DNA of 64,000 bases from an uncultured delta proteobacterium (GTDB lineage: Bacteria; Desulfobacterota; RBG-13-43-22). The first letter of the stretch is position 1, and every line of letters starts with the position of its first letter. Below, piece after piece: positions 44,445-51,508 of the stretch. The stretch lies in assembly GCA_963843145.1 (NCBI GenBank), contig CAWJJC010000022.1:352001-416000 (forward strand), given 5' to 3'. The notes under the pieces are model-generated. The model had not been told where the DNA came from. It worked only from the letters and a program-made list of their open reading frames with translations, and did not search any database. A program made the translations under genes and the position numbers.

Positions 44445-45320
44445 ATGCCTTCTTTCGAATACTTGAGACCAAAGTCCATTAATGAAGCCATTTCACTTTT
44501 GGAGTCCCATGGCGAAAAGGGTCGCTATATCGCCGGGGGTACCGATGTGATCGTTAAAATCAAAGAAAGGAAGATGACGCCGGAGTACTTGATTTCCCTG
44601 CGCCATATCCCCGACCTGGCCTATATCCACCGGGACCCGGAAGGCATCTTGCGTCTCGGCGCCCTGACCACCCACCGGATGCTGGAGCAATCGTCCTTGA
44701 TCCGTCGCTATTATCCCTGTATCTCCGATGCCGTCGAGCATATCGGGTCGGTGCAAATTCGCAATGTGGCCACCATCGGGGGCAACATCTGCAATGCCGT
44801 CCCCTCCGCCGATGGGGTGATCCCTTTGCTCATCCTGGGTGCCCAGGTAACCCTGGCGGGACCCAAAGGGAAACGTTCCCTGCCGCTGAAAAGTTTTTTT
44901 CTGGGGCCGGGCCTGACCTTGATGGAGCCGGGGGAGATATTGACCGAATTTTTTATTCCACCGCTGCCGGCGAACAGCAGCGGCGGCTATGTCAAGCATA
45001 CCCGGCGGGAGGCCATGGAGCTGCCCATCGTGGGCGTAGGCTGTTTCCTGGCCCTGAGTCCGGATCTGAAAACTTGCGCCAAGGCCCGGTTCGGACTGGG
45101 CGTGGCCGCTCCCACTCCTATCCGCGCTTATTTGGCCGAAGAATTTTTGGAGGGGCAGGAAATCAGCGAAGCCACCCTGACCGAAGCCGGCTTGATCGCC
45201 GCCAAGGAAACCAAAGTCCGCGACAGTATCCGCGGACAGGCCTGGTATCGCCGGGAAATGGTGGAGACCCTGGTCCGGCGAATGGGTTTAAAAGTGCTGG
45301 AAAGAATTAAGAATAAATAA
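44445..45320 (+). CDS. Xanthine dehydrogenase family FAD subunit (CoxM-like)
   Basis: FEYLRP, IAGGTD, IGSVQIRNVATIGGN.CNA.PSAD; no 4Fe-4S insert. Confidence 0.9.
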   Translation: MPSFEYLRPKSINEAISLLESHGEKGRYIAGGTDVIVKIKERKMTPEYLISLRHIPDLAYIHRDPEGILRLGALTTHRMLEQSSLIRRYYPCISDAVEHIGSVQIRNVATIGGNICNAVPSADGVIPLLILGAQVTLAGPKGKRSLPLKSFFLGPGLTLMEPGEILTEFFIPPLPANSSGGYVKHTRREAMELPIVGVGCFLALSPDLKTCAKARFGLGVAAPTPIRAYLAEEFLEGQEISEATLTEAGLIAAKETKVRDSIRGQAWYRREMVETLVRRMGLKVLERIKNK

Positions 45321-45356
45321 TCTTAGCATTCCTATTCAGGAGGTTCTAATCTTATT

Positions 45357-45855
45357 ATGCAAAAAATGGTTTTTAAATTAAACGGCCATCCGCTGGAGAC
45401 CCTGGTGGAACCCCACTGGACCCTATTGGAATTATTACGGGACCATCTGGAACTTACCGGGACCAAGGAGGGCTGCGGGCAAGGGGAATGCGGGGCCTGT
45501 ACGGTATTGCTGGACGGTCTGGCGGTCAACGCCTGCCTTTTCCCGGTGCTGGAGGCTGAAGGACGGGAGGTGACCACCATCGAAGGACTGGCCGGCTGCG
45601 GATGGATCCCTCCATCCCCTCCAGGAGGCCTTTATTAACTATGGGGCCGTTCAGTGCGGTTTCTGCACCCCGGGAATGATCTTGTCGGCCAAGGCGCTTC
45701 TGGACGAAAATCCCCATCCGGCGGAAGACGATATCCGGACAGCCCTGGCAGGCAATTTCTGCCGTTGCACCGGCTACGCCCAGATCATCCAGGCCGTTCA
45801 GTCGTTAAGCGCCTATGAAGAAAAGGACGTGGAGTTCATAACCCGGGAGACCTAG
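45357..45855 (+). CDS. Xanthine dehydrogenase family 2Fe-2S subunit (CoxS-like), apparent +1 frameshift near 45594
   Basis: GTKEGCGQGECGACTV...TTIEGL; shifted frame continues LHPLQEAF..GAVQCGFCTPGM...GNFCRCTGY to TAG 45855. Confidence 0.88.
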
Positions 45856-45928
45856 AACCACGGATACTGGATAAAAGCGAAAGACGATGCTGGATACTGG
45901 ATGCTGAAAAGCAGGCCATTATCCCGCG

Positions 45929-45960
45929 GTCATTGCGAGGAGTGAAGCGACGAAGCAATC
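45929..45960. repeat. REP-like arm
   Basis: GTCATTGCGAGGAGTGAAGCGACGAAGCAATC; preceded by GGATACT/GGATGCT heptamer repeats at ~45860-45906. Confidence 0.75.
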
Positions 45961-46033
45961 TCCAAGGAACCGAGAGTTGCTATTTTCGAAGGTTGTCATC
46001 AAATTCTGAGAAACGATAAGAGACGAGGGACTT

Positions 46034-48304
46034 ATGGAAGAACTACAGGTCGTAGGTCAACGGATTCCCAAGCGGGATGCGTTAGATAAGGTTACCGGCC
46101 GGGCCCGGTATATCCAGGACGTGAAGCTGCCGGGGATGCTCTATGGAAGGATTCTTTACAGCAAATATCCGCATGCCAAAATAGAAAAAATCGATACCTC
46201 CCGTGCGGAAAAACTTCCCGGGGTCCGGGCAGTGTTGACCGGCGACCAACTTCCACCGCTCAAATTCGGGTTTTATAAAGACAACACGCCGCTCAAAACC
46301 GGCAAGGTGCGGTCCTATCGCGACGAAGTGGCCGCCGTGGCGGCCATTGATCCGGAAATCGCCCGGGAGGCCCTGAACTTAATCGAAGTGACCTATAGCC
46401 CGCTGCCGGCCCTCTTCGACCCGGAGGAGGCCCTGAAGGAAGGGGCCCCGCTGATCCATGAAGCGCATAAGTCCAATCTGCTCAAACTGCCCTGGAAACT
46501 CATCTGCGGCGATGTGGAGGAGTCGCGTAAAAATTCGGACTTTGTGGCCCAGGACCGGTTCAAAGTCACCTGGGTGACCCATTGCTGCCTGGGCACCAGC
46601 GGCTGCATCGCCGACTTCGATTTGCGCAACAACCTGACCATGTACAGCAATACCCAGATCCCCTCGCTGGCCCAGAAAGATTACCTGGAATTCTTGAAGG
46701 CCCTGGGGTTGAAGGAATCCCGGGTCCGGATCATCCAGACCTTCATCGGCGGGGCCTTCGGCAGCAAGCTGGACACCTATGCCTATGAGTACATCGCCAT
46801 CCTGCTGGCCCGGGCCGTCCGTAAACCGATCAAGATCATCTTTGACCGCCAGGAGGAATTCAAGGCCACCTCCACCCGCCAGCCGGCGATCATCGATATC
46901 GCCCAGGGCTGCACCCGGGAAGGCCAGCTCACCTTCCGCGACCTGACCATGATTCTCGATAACGGGGCCTACACTTCCTGGGGAGCGACGACCCCTTCGG
47001 TCATGATGATGCCCATCTCCTCCCTCTACCGAGTCCCGAATATCCGCTTTATCGCCCAGTGCGTCTATACCAACAACACCTATAGTCAAGCCATGCGGGG
47101 CTACGGCAATCCCCAGGCCACGTTCGCCATCGAAAGCCAGTTGGACACCCTGGCCGAAAAGGCCGGGATCGATCCCTATGAATTTCGGCGTCTGAACAGC
47201 AACACCCCGGGTGAAATCAGCCCTCAGGGCCTTAAAATAACCAGTTGCGGCCTCCCGGCCTGTCTGGAATCCGTGGCTCGGGAACTGAACTGGACGGAAA
47301 AAAGAGGGCGGCAGAAAAACCGTGGGGTGGGGATGGCTTCCCTGATCCATGTGGGCGGCGGGGCCCGGGTGTACAAATCCGACGGCTGCGGGACCATCAT
47401 CAAGATGGACGACTACGGCAAGGTGGATGTTTTTACCGGGGCCAGCGAAATGGGACAGGGATCGGAAACGGTGATCGCCCAGATCGTCGCCGAAGAATTA
47501 GGGCTGACGGTGGAGGACATCAACGTGATCAACCAGGATACCGACGTCTGCCCCTGGGACGTGGGCGCTCACGCCAGCCGGACCACCTTTGTGGCCGGCA
47601 ACTCCGCCCTGTTGGCCGCCCGCCAGGTGAAGGACCGGATTCTGGAAATCGCCTCCCGGGAACTCGAGGCCCATCAGGCCGATTTGATTTTGAGCGGTCG
47701 AAAGGTCTCCGTCAAGGGCAGCCCCGACCGGTCCCTCACGCTGGAGAAGGTCTTGCGCAAGGCCCACTACAGCCCCGGGGGCACGATGATCATGGGGGAA
47801 TATTTTTACGATCCAGCCAATGAAAACCTCGACCGGGAGTTCAAGGGGAATATGTCCATGGCCTACGCCTTCGGGGTCCACGGGGTGGAAGTCGAAGTGG
47901 ATCCGGAAACCGGCAAGGTCAAGATCCTGAACTACGTGGCCGCCCACGATGTGGGCCGGGCCATCAATCCTTTGCTCCTCGAGGGGCAGGTCTACGGCGG
48001 GATCGCCATGGGGGTGGGCTATGCCCTGAGCGAACAGCTCATTCTGCATAAAGGCGAGGTCATGAACGCCAATTTCCGGGATTACAAAATGCTCACCGCC
48101 AAGGACCGGATTCCGATCAAGGCCCTGGTGGTCGAAACCGACGACCCGGCCGGCCCCTTCGGCGCCAAAGGCATCGGTGAGCCGGGCTGCGTGCCCACCG
48201 CCCCGGCCATCGCCAACGCCATCTACGACGCCATCGGGGTCCGGATCCATGATTTGCCGATCACCCCGGAAAAGATCGTGGCGGCGTTGAAGCAGAAAAA
48301 ATAA
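46034..48304 (+). CDS. Xanthine dehydrogenase family molybdopterin subunit (CoxL-like Mo-hydroxylase)
   Basis: KVTGRARY, GGAFGSK, AMRGYG.PQ, EMGQG, HASRTT, DVGRAINP...GQ, GAKGIGEPG. Confidence 0.93.
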   Translation: MEELQVVGQRIPKRDALDKVTGRARYIQDVKLPGMLYGRILYSKYPHAKIEKIDTSRAEKLPGVRAVLTGDQLPPLKFGFYKDNTPLKTGKVRSYRDEVAAVAAIDPEIAREALNLIEVTYSPLPALFDPEEALKEGAPLIHEAHKSNLLKLPWKLICGDVEESRKNSDFVAQDRFKVTWVTHCCLGTSGCIADFDLRNNLTMYSNTQIPSLAQKDYLEFLKALGLKESRVRIIQTFIGGAFGSKLDTYAYEYIAILLARAVRKPIKIIFDRQEEFKATSTRQPAIIDIAQGCTREGQLTFRDLTMILDNGAYTSWGATTPSVMMMPISSLYRVPNIRFIAQCVYTNNTYSQAMRGYGNPQATFAIESQLDTLAEKAGIDPYEFRRLNSNTPGEISPQGLKITSCGLPACLESVARELNWTEKRGRQKNRGVGMASLIHVGGGARVYKSDGCGTIIKMDDYGKVDVFTGASEMGQGSETVIAQIVAEELGLTVEDINVINQDTDVCPWDVGAHASRTTFVAGNSALLAARQVKDRILEIASRELEAHQADLILSGRKVSVKGSPDRSLTLEKVLRKAHYSPGGTMIMGEYFYDPANENLDREFKGNMSMAYAFGVHGVEVEVDPETGKVKILNYVAAHDVGRAINPLLLEGQVYGGIAMGVGYALSEQLILHKGEVMNANFRDYKMLTAKDRIPIKALVVETDDPAGPFGAKGIGEPGCVPTAPAIANAIYDAIGVRIHDLPITPEKIVAALKQKK

Positions 48305-48326
48305 GAAAGAATTCAGATGCAGGGAT

Positions 48327-48662
48327 TCAAACGGCTCGCCTTTTTTCCCTACGACCGTTCGATCGAGGCAGGCATTTGTCCAAGGTTTCACGAACGGCAT
48401 CGCGAAGAACGTCTGCCAGAGTAAGCCCCTGGGCAAACTGTCTTAATGCTTCGTTCATCAGAGTTTGGTAGTTGCCGCCAACCATTTCGGCACGGGCCTT
48501 GAAAATGGCCAATACATCACTATCAACCCTCATCGTGATGCGTGCCTTGTTGCCGGATTTGGCCTGCAGATTGAAAAGATGCGGGGTTTCGGCAACCGAT
48601 TTTGCTTCGGCAAAATCATACTCTTTAAATTTCTCGTATGCTTTATCGGAATTGATTTTCAT
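48327..48662 (-). CDS. BrnA-family antitoxin (orphan)
   Basis: KARITMRVDSDVL..FKA...NYQTLMNEALR; GGAGG RBS; no brnT adjacent. Confidence 0.8.
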   Translation of the reverse strand: MKINSDKAYEKFKEYDFAEAKSVAETPHLFNLQAKSGNKARITMRVDSDVLAIFKARAEMVGGNYQTLMNEALRQFAQGLTLADVLRDAVRETLDKCLPRSNGRREKRRAV

Positions 48663-48690
48663 AACGCCTCCGTTGCGGTCGAACCTTTTT

Positions 48691-48756
48691 TTATTCGTAG
48701 TATTGGGCCGCCTCTCGGAATTCCTTGTCGGCTTCGGGAAGAAATTCAATGTTCAT
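48691..48756 (-). pseudogene. N-terminal stub of a ParE/RelE-family toxin
   Basis: MNIEFLPEADKEFREAAQYYE*, ATG overlapping the antitoxin stop (ATGA). Confidence 0.7.
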
Positions 48757-48983
48757 GAAATGTCTTTAATCGCCCGTTGGAATACCTCTTCGGCCGGAAT
48801 CCCCCTAACTTTTCCCTCGCGATATTCTTGAAGACGACGCTCAGCCTCGGCTATCCAGAGTTTTTCTATCTCTTCTTCAGAGAGCTCTTCCAAGCTAAGG
48901 AGGATCTTTGCGGCCAGTTGCCCCCGTTCGTCAAGGCTGAGTTCATTCAAAATGGCCATGGCTTCTTCGAGTTTCTTGGACAT
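48753..48983 (-). CDS. Addiction-module antitoxin (TIGR02574-like)
   Basis: LSLDERGQLAAKILLSL...WIAEAERRL...GKV..IPAEEVF; AAGGAG RBS. Confidence 0.82.
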   Translation of the reverse strand: MSKKLEEAMAILNELSLDERGQLAAKILLSLEELSEEEIEKLWIAEAERRLQEYREGKVRGIPAEEVFQRAIKDIS

Positions 48984-49126
48984 TTTTTGATTCTCCTTTT
49001 CAAGCCGCCCTGACTGCGGGTTTACTCTTGGCGAATCCTTGTGTAGCCTGAACCTCATTTCTAATCGCAAACGACCTTACAAGTCGTCTCAATCTTTGTC
49101 GTTTCGGTGACACTATATGCTCTGTC

Positions 49127-49687
49127 TTAGGAAACCGGGACCGTTCCATCCCTTTGGACATCCCAATATTTTGGTTGATTAGGCACAAGCTTCCCCTGTT
49201 CAATACTGACCGCAAAGATCTCCTTTTCAACTATAGCAAGAGCCTGAAGGTTCTGCTTGGCTAACTGTTTGAATGGAATTTCCCCAACCTTTGGATTCGT
49301 GTGATGAACGTCATTTCGGAAACTTGTCCAAATTCTTTCCGAAGCGTGCGCGCAGCCTTGCGAAATAATTCGTTTCAAGACAAGTATTTCCATGAGAAAC
49401 TGATGATCCTTATCTTGGATGCTATTCCGTTCGGCAAGGAACTTGAGGATTCCCTCGTTGACAGCCTGACTTGCCATAACAGTTGCAATAAAATGCCCAT
49501 CACGATAGAGATCGATGCATTCTGATGATGCCGCTGCGAAGTAGTGGCTTCCAATGATGTGCTGGTGATCTATTTCAAGGTAGCGGTCAACTTTCTCGTC
49601 AAGAGTTTGCTCACAAGCCTGGCGCAGATCCTCCTTGAGTTGCGCTCGACGAATGGCCTGCATCGCCTTTTCATTATTTGAGTACAT
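49127..49687 (-). CDS. Hypothetical protein (HEPN-like helical; Rx4H motif RNDVHH)
   Basis: Intact 186-aa ORF, low GC; ECIDLY.DG.F.ATV...AVNEGILK...RNDVHH pattern. Confidence 0.55.
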   Translation of the reverse strand: MYSNNEKAMQAIRRAQLKEDLRQACEQTLDEKVDRYLEIDHQHIIGSHYFAAASSECIDLYRDGHFIATVMASQAVNEGILKFLAERNSIQDKDHQFLMEILVLKRIISQGCAHASERIWTSFRNDVHHTNPKVGEIPFKQLAKQNLQALAIVEKEIFAVSIEQGKLVPNQPKYWDVQRDGTVPVS

Positions 49688-49755
49688 TTTATTTTATCGA
49701 GCGAAAAAATGAACGCCGGTCTTGAAGCAGCCGTTGATATAATCGACTCCCATGA

Positions 49756-50202
49756 TTACTCATTTCTTATCAATTTAGTCAGTGTCTTGTCCATTAGAAC
49801 ATCGCGCAAAGAGTTAGTAATAATACTTGCTTCTGATTCAAGACGGCTGATTTCTTTCTTGTCATTTTCGTCAATTTGGTCTGTTGATCCTTCTCGCAGG
49901 TTACACAAATTATCGATGAATTTCACTATTTTTTCCTTCAGTTCTTCATCATCTATTAGCAGCGTGGCTTCTGAAGCAACCGCCACTGTCTCGAGTATGT
50001 CCTCCCGACTGTCCCTTAATCCAAGGGTTGCAAAGTCTCCCGACAGTTCCCTAAAGACTCTAAGCCTTTGGTCCCGAAGCCATCGGATGCTTTCATTCCG
50101 CAAAACGGTTTTTTGCAACCAAAGTATGTCGAAAAGCTTTGAAATGACGATACCAAGTACACTACCAATGCCAAGGATACTGACGAATTCAGTCCATACC
50201 AT
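49756..50202 (-). CDS. Hypothetical single-pass membrane protein
   Basis: Low-GC ORF, N-terminal TM (FVSILGIGSVLGIVI) then charged helical region. Confidence 0.55.
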   Translation of the reverse strand: MVWTEFVSILGIGSVLGIVISKLFDILWLQKTVLRNESIRWLRDQRLRVFRELSGDFATLGLRDSREDILETVAVASEATLLIDDEELKEKIVKFIDNLCNLREGSTDQIDENDKKEISRLESEASIITNSLRDVLMDKTLTKLIRNE

Positions 50203-50264
50203 ACCGTGTGCCTTGTAATGAGGGGAATTACTAATCCGAGATGGTTCCCAGGCAATAGGCGGAC

Positions 50265-50329
50265 AAAAAAACCCCATCGCTCAAACGAGAAATGGGGTCA
50301 CCTGCCTCCATATTGCCTCCCGTAAAGGG
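50265..50329 (-). terminator. Structured element with intrinsic terminator (copy A)
   Basis: Minus strand CCCCATTTCTC-gttt-GAGCGATGGGG TTTTTTT; downstream of TTGACA-17-TATGAG promoter (~50377-50405). Confidence 0.65.
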
Positions 50330-50529
50330 TTTAAGAAAAAAACCGCCAAACGTTCTCAATAATTAAAAGATTATTTCTCATACCAAACTCCAGCCCACCT
50401 GTCAATTCAAAGGGAAACCTCCTTGGAGGAGACGTATCCATTATTGGCCGTTACACGCAGGCTAAGCCTCCACAAGTGGCGGTCAACCGGCCTTTCCCAA
50501 CCTTTCGGCAATCCACTGGTTCAGGCTTT

Positions 50530-50750
50530 TGCCCGCCCCAGGTTCGGAAATCCCTGGGAATCGTGCCCGGAACCAAAGTCGACCTGGTGCGCCAGGAGGA
50601 CCTATTCGTTTTGGTGGCCGATCCCCTGGGACGGCTTAAAAAGAAATGGCGCGGTAAATATAGGAGTACTCAGACGACCGAACAATATATCGAAGAAATC
50701 CGGGGAAGCGTCTGATGCGGGTCTGTATCGTAAATATTTTCAGGAGGTAA
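50530..50750 (+). pseudogene. 5'-truncated AbrB/MazE-type antitoxin plus PIN-toxin stub
   Basis: QVRKSLGIVPGTKVDL...WRG...EQYIEEIRG*, then TGATG-coupled MRVCI(V)N stub ending after 11 codons. Confidence 0.55.
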
Positions 50751-50872
50751 AAGGCTACAGGAATTGTTTGAATCTTTAATTGCTATGACTTCTATCCCCT
50801 GAAGGATGGTAGATCCGCTCCGCTTGATCCACCTTGCAGGTATTGAGCGGTGGCTCGGTAAAAGGGAATAGT

Positions 50873-50938
50873 AAAAAAAACCCCGTCGCTCCAAAGAGAA
50901 ACAGGGCCTTCAGTCCAACTATTTCCTTCCGAAACCGG
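50873..50938 (-). terminator. Structured element with intrinsic terminator (copy B)
   Basis: Minus strand CCCTGTTTCTC-tttg-GAGCGACGGGG TTTTTTTT; homologous to copy A. Confidence 0.65.
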
Positions 50939-50957
50939 AGGTGAAGAGCACATCGGA

Positions 50958-51149
50958 TTACATCTTCAGCTTTTCCTCCAACTGCCGGATATCCGCTTCC
51001 AGTTCCTTTTTCTCCCGGGGTGAAAGACGTTCTTCCTCCAGTCGCTTTTTCAGGGCCAGCAGCAGCAGGCCCTCGCGATGTTCATTACAGGAAACGGGCA
51101 TGGGAATTCAGGCCGCTTCCGGTAATGGATAAAACAGCCGGGAAATCAT
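50958..51149 (-). CDS. Small coiled-coil protein with in-frame UGA (candidate selenoprotein; 47-aa form from 51101 if not recoded)
   Basis: MISRLFYPLPEAA-UGA-IPMPVSCNEHREGLLLLALKKRLEEE...LEEKLKM*; ATG overlaps the response-regulator stop (TAATG). Confidence 0.55.
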
Positions 51150-51508
51150 TAATCCTTCAGATGCCGCTTGACCGCGTCTTTCAACTCGGTTAAATCCGAA
51201 GATTTGACCACGTAATCGTCGGAGGCCCAAACCGAAAAATCCTGTTTGAATTCACTATAGGCCGAGCACAGGATAACCGGTATCTGGGGCAGCTTTTCCT
51301 TGATGATCCGCAAGGTATCGATCCCGTTCAGGTCGGGCATGCGAATATCCATGACGATCAAATCCGGAAGATGGTCCAGATCCTCCAAGCGTTCCAGGAC
51401 TTCCCGACCGGTGCCGGCCAGGATCACCTCATAGCCCTCGTCTTCGAACTCCTCCTGGTACAAGCGCTGCAAGGCCTCTTCATCATCGGCGATCAGAATT
51501 CTTTTCAT
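51149..51508 (-). CDS. Single-domain response regulator
   Basis: ILIADDE, PDLIVMDIRMP, ILCSAY, YVVKS; GGAGAGG RBS. Confidence 0.92.
   Translation of the reverse strand: MKRILIADDEEALQRLYQEEFEDEGYEVILAGTGREVLERLEDLDHLPDLIVMDIRMPDLNGIDTLRIIKEKLPQIPVILCSAYSEFKQDFSVWASDDYVVKSSDLTELKDAVKRHLKD

Noticed and set aside
44445-48304. 4-hydroxybenzoyl-CoA reductase or aerobic CO dehydrogenase
   Set aside because: FAD subunit lacks the HcrB 4Fe-4S insert; large subunit has AMRGYG, not the form I CODH AYxCSFR motif
50812-50850. Strong hairpin CCGCTTGAT...ATTGAGCGG
   Set aside because: No T-tail, no second copy and no attC ends; function cannot be supported
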